A stretch of 64,000 bases of DNA from the NCBI GenBank assembly GCA_052426225.1, contig JBNJNM010000012.1, positions 1,488,001 to 1,552,000 on the forward strand, read 5' to 3'. The DNA comes from Zancudomyces culisetae HAW-14-8. Its lineage: Eukaryota; Fungi; Kickxellomycota. The position numbers were made by a program, and so were the translations under genes. A model generated the notes under the pieces. The model had not been told where the DNA came from and searched no databases. It was given only the letters and a program-made list of their open reading frames with translations. Below are positions 35,144 to 49,515 of the stretch, piece by piece (positions within the stretch are counted from its first letter, which is position 1; every line of letters starts with the position of its first letter).

Positions 35144-35780
35144 AGCTAATTTTGCGATCTCATCTAATTTGTGGACCATGATTAACTCTTCAACCAATAA
35201 TTAGAAGTTTCCCAAAATGTCAGGAAACTTAATGTTCCCAAGTTAGGATTCAAAGGTAATTAAATATGATTAAAAATAAATATTAAAACTTATGGGTAAA
35301 TAATGCGATTCTGACACATGGATTTTGTAACTGACTTACCAAAGTCAAGCGGGTGTACGGTCCTCATGGTAGTGGTAGACAGATCTTCAAAGATGGCACA
35401 CTTCGTCCCTTTACCCAAGATGCCATCCGCATTAGAAACGGCCGACGCGTTCATAAAAGAAATTTTCAGAATACATGGCATGACAGACGAAATCATTTCA
35501 GACAGAGGCACACAGTTCACATCGAGATACTGAAGTAGTCTGTTCAATAACTAGGAACCTCGATAATACTGTCATCTGCGTTTCACCCAGAAACCGACGG
35601 ACAAACAGAGAGAACCAATCAAACACTTGAACAATACCTCGGAATGTACGTGAACTACCAATAGGACAGCTGGTCAGAACTCCTACCGCTAGCAGAGTAC
35701 TCCTATAACAATGCAATACAATCATCGAACTAAAATCACCATTCTATGCCGTTTATGGATACCACCCCAGATTCGACCCC

Positions 35781-37691
35781 TGGTAGATACCAATAATATA
35801 CACAATAATATTGATATTAACTATTAACACACAGTTAATTTATTAAAGTTATTATTAATAATACTAGTTTACATCACACAGTAATAATATAATATTAGTT
35901 AATAATATCTTTATTATACAGTGAGTTTCAAAAATGTCTCAAAATAATGATTATAATTTTCAAAGTGTAATATCTCGCTCATAATATCCAGAAATTATAT
36001 AAATTTATATAATATAATGCACAATTGGTATAATTTAATTTTAATAATTAGTATTATTATTGGTTAAAAATTCATTATAAAATTTTAAACTGAAAAAATT
36101 TTAAAAATGAGACAATTTTGGGAATTTTTCAAAAAAAAACTTTAAAATTCTGTCCACCTTCCTTTAGACTTGATAACTGCCTCAACTTTTTTGGGCATAC
36201 TATCTATAAGACCAAGTATTGTTACCACTGATATTATATTCCATTCCGTTTCTATTCGCTCCCATAATTCGATCATCCCGGACGGAGGTTTACTGTATCT
36301 ATTTAGGCGTCTTTTGATGATTGCCCATATAGTTTCGAACGGGTTTAAGTCTGGAGATTGTGGCGGCCAGTCCAATGTATTATATTCCTGGTTTTCAAGC
36401 CAGCTGGTAACTAACTTTGCGGTATGTTTAGGATCATTGTCATGTTGAAATATTATTGACTTGGGATCCAACTTGTAGTACTTTATTGTATTGCTAAGCT
36501 TGTCTTTTAAAATGTTTAAATAATCTTCCTTGTTGAACGTTCCTTCTATTCGGCACATGTAGCCAGTTCCAAATGCTGTGATGCATCCGCAAATCATCAA
36601 TAATACTCCACCGTGTTTTACGGTCTGGTTAATATTGTGCGGCTGTAGACTCACACCATCACGAACCCAAGTCCATTCATTTCCATCAGATCCAAATCGG
36701 TTTATTTTAGTTTTGTCGGACCAAGTTACTCGTTTCCAATCATCAGTAGTCCAGTGGCGAAGAGATTTTGCGAATCTCAACCTTTTTGCAATATTTTTAA
36801 GGCTCAGTTTCGGTTTGGATGTCTTCTTTTTTGCAACGGCTTTAAGATCATTAAAAGCCCTATATATTGTAGAATTTACTAGCACTAACGATATTATCCA
36901 TTTCTAACTTCTTTTGTATCGAAGTAGCAGATCGATACACTCCAGATAATATCATCCTAGTACACATTCGCATGTTTTGGTGTGGAAGCTTCGCTGGACG
37001 ACCGTGTTTATTAGCCGGTAAATTGATATTCATTGCTGCTTTTATTCTGTATATTGTTGCTTTACTAACTCCATTATCTATAATGATTTGGTCAATGCTT
37101 CTGCCTTTAAGTAACGCGTTTTTAATATCCAGTTTACGTTGTTCAGATATCATTTTTTAAAAAATTATAATTTTGATTAGTATAACAATTATATATATAT
37201 TATATGTAAAAGTTTAAAAATTTAAAGTTTGAATTCATAAAGTTATGATTGTTTAAATTTTTTTTTGAAAAATTCCCAAAATTGTCTCATTTTTAAAATT
37301 TTTTCAATTTAAAATTTCATAATGAATTTTTATCCAATTAATTTACAGTTTATATAAAATAAACATATAACATTTGTGATTTTAAAATAAAAAAAAACAT
37401 ATAATTTCTGGATATTATTGAGCCTGATATTACACTTTGAAAATTAATTTCATTATTTTGAGACATTTTTGAAACTCACTGTAGTTACACGAGATTGACA
37501 AACTTAATTGTTTATTAAAGGGATTAGTATCACCTTTTATATAAATATATTTGTACTAAAACTTTAATATATACTAAAACTACTAATATAACTAATATTA
37601 ATAAACAAATATACTAGTATCATTAATATAAATTTATACCATATTGTATTTTAATATACAATATTTTTATATTACATGTGTATTCATAACA
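35781..37691. repeat. Solo LTR (family Y) in the element B integrase, interrupted by Tc1 copy 3
   Basis: TSD ACCCC; homologous in reverse to 38076-38529. Confidence 0.88.
35919..37481 (-). mobile_element. Tc1 copy 3 (full length, frameshifted transposase 36142-37153)
   Basis: TA|CAGTGAG...CTCACTG|TA; ORFs 36860-37153 and 36142-36885. Confidence 0.95.
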
Positions 37692-38075
37692 ACCCCCCGA
37701 TAAGCCGAGTAGACGACATCCCCCAAGCAGTTGACAAAGCAAAAAAATTGAAGATACTACACAATCGACTAATCCAAAATCTCAGCAAATCCAACAGAAA
37801 TCAAAAGAAATTTGCGAATAAGCTCAGAGCAAAACCACCTAACCTGAAACCTGGAGACAAAGTGTGGCTAAACACTTAGAACATCAAAACAAACAGACCT
37901 TCCAAGAAAGTCGACTGGAAAAAGCTCTGCCCGTTCGAAGTAGCTACAAAAATCAACGACGTCACTAAAAGCTCAACATCCATTTACGATGAAATTTCAC
38001 AACACCTTCAATGTTTTGATCTGTGAGCCATTTATCAGCAACAGAATGTAAAATCGGCTAACACCTGAGCCTCAA

Positions 38076-38529
38076 TGTTATGAATACACGTGTATCATAA
38101 CATTATTGTATATTAAATACAAAAATAATTATTAACATTAATGATACACAATATTACATTAATATTAATTATTTATAAGTAGATTTTATATAATTATTAT
38201 ATAATTAAAGTAACTACATTAATCTTGATATCATGAACAAAATTAAATAATTTAATTAATATTATGTATATTTATAAATATTTATGATAATATTCGTTTT
38301 AGTTTAATATCAATTGAATTACAAACTTAATTTTATAAAAGGTGATACAATCCCTTTCTTGAACAATTAAGTTTGTCAATCTCGTTTAACAATAATAAAG
38401 ATATTATGAACTAATATTTTATTATTACTGTGTGTTTTAAACTAGTATAATTAATAATAACTTCTATAAATTATCTGTGTGTTAATTAGTTAATATCAAT
38501 ATTATTGTGTATAATATTGGTATCTAACA
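38076..38529. repeat. Solo LTR (family Y)
   Basis: TGTTATGA...TCTAACA; TSD CTCAA. Confidence 0.9.
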
Positions 38530-40002
38530 CTCAACCGATAGTAGAAACAAACAGGAGGAATAGGAGGTAGAGGACATATTAGACTCAAAACTATACAGTT
38601 GGAATTTATTTTGCTTTATAAAATAGAAAGGATTTGGACATGATTTAATGGGGAACATAAACTATTTAAACTGCCCAAAACTGTGAAAACTTTTAATCAA
38701 AAAATTCCAGAAAAATTAAGGAAATAGATTTCATAATTCCAAAATGCTCATTAGCAATAAAGCTCGTACACGGTTGTTAGATAAAGACCCAAGATAATAA
38801 CTGAGTGGGCGCCGGGATTGCAACCATATCTACTTTTATTTGGAATCTAAATTCACTTACAGTTTAAAATCCTCTATATGAATTATATTCTCCAACAATC
38901 CGAGGAGCTGATTTACGCATCGGTTGAGACTTTGTGATAAAATAAATATTATACAATAATAAATTTTAACTATGTATTAATTAATAATATCAAAAATATT
39001 CGATTTTGATATTAGAGTTACAAATCCACTAGGTTAATATTTGTTAAAATCCTCTATCAATATTATTTTATTATGAGCATTTGTACACTGTTTCATCAAG
39101 TTATAAAATATAATTGTTACACATTAATTCCTTCATTTGTTATTCAAAATGTAATTAATGTGTATTATATCTGGATATACTTTATTGAATTTGATATTAT
39201 TTTTAAATGAATATATTTTTCTACATTACTATTACAATTAATATATAAATATTTTAAAGATTTTTAAAATTTATTAAATTTTTGCATTTTGTTAACATTG
39301 CTGGATTATATGGGTAAATAAATGATAATTATATTTATGCATAAATAGGTATCTAAGAATATATCTGTCTTCAAAGTATAAAATATTATAATTGTACATT
39401 TAACAATAAAGTTTAAATTATATAATTGAAATTTTTTCGGATAAACGATTGGACAATATAAATACTCAATAATGTAAAGTTTTAGAGCGTGTTACAACTG
39501 ATGTATAACGGATACACTTAAAGCCAATATGCTTCTAATTCATTTCGCCATAGTACTATTAGTTCTATAAAAATATACACCGTTCCATTAATATAATATT
39601 TAAATCTTGGCAGCTCGAATAAATTGTCATTAGTAAATGAGCGATTAAAAATTCGGAAAACTACGTCTGGACAATTTAATATAGCGACAGAAACTACAAA
39701 ATTTCTACAGGATAATGACCGTGTATCTGTGGTTCCATAACAGTGCGAAATAGATTGAAAACAAATATTTAAGTACCCAACCTATGTTATAATTATTGTT
39801 ATTTCAATTAGTCGCTTGTAACTGTGAATCGTGGATTAGTTATGCTTGATTAATATATATTTAGTGAGAAGTAAGTATTTAGAAAAATATAATATGAGAT
39901 GTGTTAATAAATATTTATTTATCTCTGATGTATTCCAACGGAATTTCAAGGGTTTATATAATATTTCATCAAATAAATAAACTATGAAGAAAACTTAAAT
40001 AC

Positions 40003-40394
40003 TGTCATGATCCATTCATGACATTATTGCTATTTATAATAACATATTTAAAATAGTAAATGTTAATATTATTAACATTTTCTCCGCTTTAATTCTTACT
40101 CCATAATCAATAATTCATGGAGTAAGAATTAAATTTATTAATAATTTGGTTTTACCCCAAATTTTTAAATGTTAACTGTGGAGTTGACAGTTAATTATAT
40201 TTAGTTTGAGTTATGGTTTAAGTATAGTTTTAGAATGTTTTACAATTAATTTTGTATATTGTAAAACTATATAAGAACAAGGATATCTTGCTTTAGGAAA
40301 CTTTAGCAATATAATACTTTTCATCTCTTAGTATTTTATAAAATAAATATTAGCCATAGTTACTACAAATAGTACTTAGTGTCAAGTCGTGACA
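40003..40394 (+). repeat. Solo LTR, family X
   Basis: TGTCATGA...TCGTGACA; TSD AATAC. Confidence 0.92.
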
Positions 40395-40799
40395 AATACA
40401 ATAAATTTTAATTTTAAAATTTGTCTATGTAAAATTGAACTAGTTTAAGGTATCAAATATCGTTAAACTTTGATTTTCATTTGTTGATTTTAACATTGAT
40501 TAAGTATATCAAATTTATCAATGATTTTGTTTATTGATTTATCATAGTTTTTATATATCAATTATATCATGGATTTGGTTTATACAATTTTTTCAAAAAT
40601 TTTTGTTATAAATATTTATTGGAAAATTTCTTGATTTTTCTTATTAAATTTCCCAAGGATAATACGCATATTCATGGTGTATTTTGCAAACATGATTCCA
40701 ATGTCGGAAAGGTATATTATAATACCGGATATCAAAATATATAATAGGTATGATTATTAGTAGGCCAAATTGTAACTATAAATTATGATCCTATAATTA

Positions 40800-41450
40800 A
40801 CCATTCCTATCAATTAGGGCATATTAAACAACGACATGATTATGCTAAATAATATCAGCATTAACCTGTATGAAACTGTTAACGTGTGATATGGTCAGAC
40901 GAACCTATTATCAACAGATTTGAGGTAGATGGGCGCATGTGGTGCTGAATATAACAAGGGAGCCAGTTAAAACCGAACCATGTTAAAAAAACTATAAAAC
41001 ATGGTGGAGGTTCAATCATGATATGGGGATGCATGACTTCAGAAGGCCCAGGATATCTTACTAAAATTGATTGCGGACTTAATGCAGAATTGTACTGTGA
41101 TATTCTTGAAGACGAACAGGTAAAACCAATGAAGTGGGACGACTTAGACAGGGAAAGTACAACTTTTCAGCATGATAACGATCCAAAACACATCGCAAAA
41201 ATCACAAAAACCTGGTTGCAAACTAACTCAATTCAGGTGCTTGACTGGCCAGCGCATTCACCTAACATAAATCCATTATACAATTATGGGTCAATTTGAA
41301 TAGACGAATCTCAAATCACGATAATGCAACAAATGGGATGACCGAACTTTGGGACCGCGTACAAGACGAGTGGAATAATATACACGTGACGAGTGTATGT
41401 CGCTTCGCAGTAACATATATCAAGATTTTACAGTATTGAAAGCCAGGGGT
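40800..41450 (+). pseudogene. Relic transposase of a second Tc1 family
   Basis: KHGGGSIMIWGCM, FQHDNDPKH and WPAHSPNINP motifs; no TIRs recognised. Confidence 0.85.
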
Positions 41451-44400
41451 AATATATAATAATAGTTTTATGTGATTATTATATTACAATATATACAAAT
41501 ATTTTTTATAATGAATTAAGGTATACATTTATTATAATTTTAATATGAAATTATGTATTGATAATTAATATATAATACATATGCACAGTATAATTATATT
41601 AGCATAGTATTATGATAATAGGTTAGGTGTATAATAATGCATAGAATTAATAAATAACGCAAAAGCAATTGAAAGTATGATTAAGTCAAATATATAATTG
41701 TAAATATATCATATTGATTTTTAATATGAGTAAAGATTTTTATAGCAAACACCTGTTGGCATTTCAATTGATTGTTTATGGATTAATATATGTTTTTTAA
41801 TAATAATAACTAAAACTATTAAACTTGTAAATTAGTTTAATTTGCATTTTATAATAATCTATTTATACATCGAAAGTATATTACAATGTAAATTATATTA
41901 TATATTAGAAATACGTATTGATTCATTATACATTGGCATACTATCATTTATTTATTTGCATTCGGTTTGCCTACGTTAAATATTAAATAATGTAACTAAT
42001 GATCATTATAAAGCAAATATTATGTACATCAATGTGCATCTTAGAGTACTCAATATTATGATACTACTTGTAGAACGTTGGTAAATTGTACTCATACATT
42101 TATCAGTTCTAACTGCATAGAATTATAGTTCACATTTAGTCAATCACTATTTGTGCGGGGAGTTATACTAATGCAAATTGATTCATATTGTTGACATTTC
42201 TATTTATAGTAATTTATAAGTATTTCGAAGTTTTATGTCAAAAATAAATGTGGATATAATTATATTAATATTATGATACAATGATTATCAAACGCAATTG
42301 TACTATAATTAATATCAAATTAACTATATTATTTATAAATATATATTTTTTTACATATAATTGATTTATATGGTATATATTATAATTAGTATTGATATGA
42401 ATATTATTTATATCAAATAATTAATATATACGATATTTATTATACATATTATTTTAATTATAATAAATGGATGGGTGTATATCTGATTAGCACAATGTAT
42501 TGTTACTATCATTACATTTATCAGTTTAGGTATATTTAACAATGATATATATATAATAATAATTAATTTTTGCAATCTATATATATTTTATCGACATATT
42601 TGTACAACATTTAAATTTTATAAAGCTAAATCATTTATATGTATATATATTCATATTACATTACAATATTTTTTCAACATGATCAATCAAGTTAATATTA
42701 TAAGTATTGAAATAAGTTAATTTATAATCAATGTTTAGTATATATTTTATATAATTATATGAAATTTAATTATCATTATTGATATACAAATTATTTGTTT
42801 ACTTGATACTTATATATAATTGTATTAATAATGTGTTAATATTTTACACAATAGAATATGATATTCCAGTCAAAAATTATATAATAATATGAGATAACCT
42901 ATAATCATATATTTTGTTGATAAATCATATTGTCATAATTATAAAAAAAAAACAGCACTTAATTTTACTCATATATAATCATTCCTGCATTCGCATATTA
43001 ATAATATATTATATTTTTTATATAAAGTAATATATATGATAATATTAATAAATATTTGTATTTTATTCCATAAATAATTTTATGAATGGTAACCAAATAT
43101 ATGATAAATAATTGTAATTATTGTTCCAATATTTTTTTAATAATTAGTGTGTATTATTAAATAATGTTTAAATTTATAGAATATAAATTAAATATATTTT
43201 TTGATTTACATGTATTATATGTATCATTCATATATTCATTGAATGTCAAGTATGATAATATATTTATACAATAATACGGAATATATAATAGTATACAATG
43301 AAATTGAAATTAAAAAATATATATATTTATGTATAAAAATGATTTACACAATATAATTGCAATGTTAGTTTGATATGTATGTTATCATTGATGGCATTAT
43401 ATATGATATGATTTCGACATTCGTATATAAATTTATAAATATAGCAACAGAAATATGATATGATGCCTAATTGATTTACAATAATTAGTATAATCAGTAT
43501 ATGATTGGATCATATAGATATATTCTTATTGTCAATATGATAAATTTAAATTTATAAAATTTACCATCCTATTCACACTAAATGATATTAAACATATTTT
43601 TAGTAGAATTAATATATTTATTATAATTTTTGGTGATAAATATCAACAAAATTTTATATGACCATATATATATCTAAATATATATATATTAGTAAATACA
43701 TTGTCAATATTGCAAAAAAAATAATAAGTATTTGATTATATCGTAAATTTAAATTTTACGATATTAACTCGTCATCATGTACACTACCAATCACAAATAC
43801 ATATATTTTATAATGTATCGGATTATATATGATAATATAATTATTAATTATAATCATTATATATGTTACGTAGAAAAATATGCAAATAATAAATTAACAT
43901 TTTATAAATGGTGTATTACATAATTAATCAAAATTATGAAACAAATATTATTTTGAAAGAGAATTACATTATGCTACTAAATATGAGTTATTAAATAATA
44001 TTTATATATAATATAATACGTATGACTTAAGTAAATATATACATTTCGATATTAAACTAACATATTAAATATTATGAATATGATTGTTGCAATCATCTAC
44101 TAAAACAAATAATGTATTATATGTAAAAATTTTAAACCAATATATATAAGTACAACCTTGTAATTTATTATGTATGAATAACATCACATTTATTATCAAT
44201 TATATTATATATACATTATATTGTTTACATATACATATTATTTATCAAATATAATTACATTATATAAATATAGATTTATATTAAATATTTTACAAAATGT
44301 TCAGATACAAATACACTAGATCTGTATATTTTTAGCAATATTTGATCGATTGTATCTTAATTATTTGGTCCATTTTATATATTGTTCTCACTTATATATA

Positions 44401-47400
44401 ATTTTTTAATATATATTCATTATGAAAAAGTGTATATTTACATATTACAACTATAAATAATATGTTTAAATCGAATATGAATTACTATATTATCTATAAA
44501 AATATGTTATTAATCTATATGTATTTATATATGATGTATTTATTTAATACAATATATAAAAATTGAAAAATTGAATATGATATAGGATAAAAATAAATAT
44601 ACATAAAAATATATATATATTAAAATATCGGTCATTTACATATATATATATGAAGCATATCATCACAGCATCAATTGTTCATTAATAAAATGGTTTTCAA
44701 ATAAATGTTATTTAGGCATATAATATATATTTATACATATATTACAATTTTTATAGTATGTCTATGGTATGATTAATTTGCATTAATATATGTATCATAC
44801 AATCTATTAATGTACAATTTTGTTTATACAATATAAATTATATAAATGATATATTCATTTTTACGTTATTTAAATATAATTGCCATTACCACCCATACTT
44901 TAATACAATATAAATATATGATATATTACTTATATTAATAAATATATTCATATTCATATTTATATGGTTTCCAATCTAATATATAAATCTAATACTGCAC
45001 TTATATTTACTAAAATATGTCTATAATATAATATTCCATATTTTTACAAATTCAGTAGATATATATACACAGTATATTATCTTTAATTGTATCAACATAA
45101 TGTGATATAAAATTCATAATATATATTATCTATTATAACATATAGTTCTTAATAATACTAGCAAATATTAACACATTACATATCCAATTTTTTAAATAAT
45201 TTATTTTAAATTTTTAATTTGATATTGCGACATATAAGTAGATATATATATAAATAAATTTTATATGTTTATATTTAGATACATTTATATAAAAATTTAC
45301 ATTAAATAATTTTTTAATATTAATATTTAATATTAAATTGAATATATATAAATGCAGCAATTAATGGAAATGATGAACCGTCCCAGCTATTTAGTAAGGT
45401 TTTTTCTTGTTTTAATCTCTCGTTATACCCATTTACATGAAAAAATATGGATCACGAGACGCTGCTGTATATAATCCCAAATTATATATGGAACGTTCAC
45501 AATCCGATATGTACTGCCCCTCATTATTGAATCTATGTATGATGTCAGTGCGCAGATGACATATAATACCTGACATGTGATTTATAGCAATTTATAACAT
45601 ATATATTATAAAATTTATTAATTTTGCTGTAACACATTATATGTTTATAGTATTATACACTAAATAAATATATATAATTCTGTTAGTTATATGTATTAAG
45701 ATTTAATGTAAAAATATTTTTAATTTCAATGTTAGCTAATGTGACATTACATGAATTTCTGTGGCTACATATTTGTGAAATGTTAATAATAATATATATC
45801 TCATCTTATCCAATTTATATATATTATAACCGCTATTTCTATACATTTAATTATATGTTAACAATATTAGTACGCATTATATATATATAATGCAATAAAT
45901 GTTTAATAAAAATAATTCAAAAAGTAATATATGCATTATTTGTCATATTTTAATATTAAATATCAAATGTTCGTTTTATACCATAATCATCATATATGCT
46001 CGGAAATAATATATAAAATATATATATATATTGATATAATATATTCATTTCATTTGTAAAAATAAATTTTTATATATTTATAATTTATATGCACTTGAGT
46101 TCATACATTGATAATGTACATACTGCTCAATAACACTAATATAGCATATATAACAATATACAATCTTGAATAAATATATTATTATATATAAATATATATA
46201 TAATATAAATGTACATTTGATAATAATAAATTTTCAAATATATATTTTAATTGATGCATATTGATCAGCATACGATTATAATATAAATATATTATATAAA
46301 TGGTCAATTATAGTGAATATTTTATTTTAATCATATACAAAATTTTGTATAATATATGTAATGATATTTATATAAATTATATTTATATATCGAAAATATA
46401 TATATATAATCATAATGCAAGTAATTTAATGTAAAGGTAACTAATGACAATGTATCTATATAATATATACAATTCATAATATTCATACAAATCCAATATT
46501 ATATATTTAAAATATTAATTATTTTATATAATATATTATATATTTATGTATACATATATTATAAAAACAGGATGTAATATCGATCAATTTAGCATTTCAC
46601 GTATATTGATTAACACGATATTAATTTATCATTTGATAATAATTATCAAGAAATTATAACAATTATAAAACTGTTAATGATAGGGATATAATGAAATATT
46701 ATCGTTAATATACAATAGGATATTAACAAATAAAACTATTATTTGTTAACCATGAACTATATTACTAAATAAGCTAAATCATTTTAAAATATATTATAAT
46801 ATTGATTAATATATATATCAAATCAATATTGTATAAAATTAAATATATTCACATAATGTTATTTTATAATATTATATATACACCAAATATTCGTTATTTT
46901 ATATATTATAATTTTATCAATATATGTGCCCGGCATGTAAATATATAGTTTAATAACATAATATTAAATTTTATGGATGAACATAATAATATATATTTTA
47001 AATTTATTCATTAATATAATTGTATAGAATTTATTTAATATATATATATCTATCAATCTGGTCACGATTATCACATTAAGATACAAATAATTTAATTATC
47101 TGATTACAATTTGATTATATATACATATTTATTAAAAAATTCTAACATATATGACTAATAATAATTATACATTTACTATGAATAATATTATAATTATTCA
47201 TAATCAGACAAAATGAAATTATTAAATATGAATATATATTACATTATATATGATGCGTATATAAATACTATAATTTTATCCATATATTTTATAAAATATT
47301 AATTGCCATATAATATAAAAAGAATAAAAAATATAATTGACAGTATGTATCCAATCGATTAAAAATATTACATTTGGCATGGATCCACAAATTCCAATAT

Positions 47401-48635
47401 ATATAAATAAAATATTATAATAAAATTTACAATGTAATTATAATGATTAAAGTATTTCAAAATTTTTATATTCAACACAAAATATTTATATTTTACATTT
47501 ATATACATTGGTACCCTATTTTATATATTATGTTGCTAATACCTTTTTTATCAATAACGATATCGATATTATTATTAAATTATCTATGTAATTGATAATG
47601 AAAAACAAAATATTGAAATTTTGTGCCGATATTAAAATATATATCATTTAAAATATCAATTATATAATTAAAACAATTATACTATACTATAATTATACAA
47701 AAAATAATCATAATTTTTTAAATATAAATATTATTTCTTAATCTAACAGTTTAATTTAAAATATTATTGTCAGTCATCCAATATATGTATATCATATTAA
47801 ATATCCAAAATTCATTATCTATATAATAATTGAATAATTTAAGTAAGATATGGTTATATATTGTGCAATATATATATTATGTGATATATATGATATAAAA
47901 TTTTTTTATAAATTAACCATTATAATTTTTGATATATAAATCTAATGACATATATTATAATTTAAAAATATATTTATAATTTTAAAGTTTGAAATTAATT
48001 ATACTTGCTGTATATATTTATACTGAAAATTGCACAATAACGTATATAAAATAATTATAAATATACTATGTTATTATACACAATATATATACTCTGTTTA
48101 ATCATAAATTTTATGTTAATTATACAATAATTAACAATCAATATTGATTCAATATCAAGATAATATTTGTCGATTATACAATATATATTAAATATTGTCT
48201 ATAAAGATTTTATACTATATTAGCAAAGTATATTAATATTTACTGGTAAATTAAATAAAATTATGTTAAAATTGAATACTAAAATACATTTTATATCTGC
48301 AATTTAATTAACTTTTAAATATAATTATTTAACTATATATTATAATATCTGTATACTTCATAATATACGATTATCATATAATGTTTAATTAATTTATAGG
48401 ATTTTCATCACATAACAATATATAAATGTTTGATGTAACGGTAATGACAATAATACATATATATAATTTCATCTGTAAATATGAAAAAATTAATTATATA
48501 TTTAAAATGTTAATATATGTGTGTTTAACATAATCGTATATAAATAAATTATTTATGATGATAGATATAGGCCATTATATAATTTTGGTTAATAATACAA
48601 AATGATAATATACATAAAAAAAATTTTTAATATGT
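41450..48635. other. Extremely AT-rich, ORF-free tract
   Basis: No ORF in the track over ~7 kb; dominated by A/T and ATAT runs without clear periodicity. Confidence 0.85.
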
Positions 48636-49515
48636 GACAATTTTGGGAATTTTTCAAAAAAAAACTTTAAAATGCTGATCTATTCCATTAGACTTGATAA
48701 CTGCCTCAACTCTTTTAAGCATACTATCTATAAGACCAAGTATAGTTTCCACTGATATTATATTCCATTCCGTTTCTATTCGCTCCCATAATTCGATCAT
48801 CCCGGACGGAGGTTTACTGTATCTATTTAGGCGTCTTTTGATGATTGCCCATATAGTTTCGAACGGGTTTAAGTCTGGAGATTGTGGCGGCCAGTCCAAT
48901 GTATTATATTCCTGGTTTTCAAGCCAGCTGGTAACTAACTTTGCGGTATGTTTAGGATCATTGTCATGTTGAAATATTATTGACTTGGGATCCAACTTGT
49001 AGTACTTTATTGTATTGCTAAGCTTGTCTTTTAAAATGTTTAAATAATCTTCCTTGTTGTACGTTCCTTCTATTCGGCACATGTAGCCAGTTCCAGATGC
49101 TGTGATGCATCCCCAAATCATTAATGATCCTCCACCGTGTTTTACGGTCTGGTTAATATTGTGCGGCTGTAGACTCACACCATCACGAACCCAAGTCCAT
49201 TCATTTCCATCAGATCCAAATCAATTGATTCTAGTTTCGTCGGACCAAATTACTCTCCTCCAATCATCAGTAGTCCAGTGGCGATGAGATTTTGCGAATC
49301 TCAACCTTTTTGCAATATTTTTAAGGCTCAGTTTCGGTTTGGAGGCCTTCTTTTTTGCAACAGCTTTTAGTTCATTAAAAGCCCTATATATTGTAGAATT
49401 TACTAGCACTAACGATATTATCCATTTCTAACTTCTTTTGTATCGAAGTAGCAGATCGATACACTCCAGATAATATCATCCTAGTACACATTCGCATGTT
49501 TTGGTGTGGAAGCTT
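48636..49515 (-). mobile_element. Tc1 copy 4 (duplicate of copy 2; outer TIR eroded)
   Basis: Same truncation point as copy 2. Confidence 0.92.

Larger units (their letters stand above)
29739..35316 (-). mobile_element. Ty3/Gypsy chromovirus (element C) with very short LTRs
   Basis: LTRs 29739-29859 (121 bp) and 35218-35316 (99 bp); TSD CATGG; PPT GAAGGGGGGATAA; intact gag and pol. Confidence 0.96.
26979..38730 (+). pseudogene. pol: Decayed Ty3/Gypsy chromovirus pol (element B) hosting nested insertions
   Basis: RT 27797-28600, RNase H 28656-29147, integrase 29513-29738 resuming at 35317, and chromodomain relic (EVEDILDSK...KGFG) at 38560-38640; many stops. Confidence 0.88.

Noticed and set aside
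45355-45585. Slightly GC-richer island in the AT tract (also ~39480-39760)
   Set aside because: No ORF or recognisable motif; likely decayed TE sequence that I cannot identify
41450-48635. Satellite DNA or organellar insertion
   Set aside because: No periodic unit and no recognisable mitochondrial gene, rRNA or tRNA
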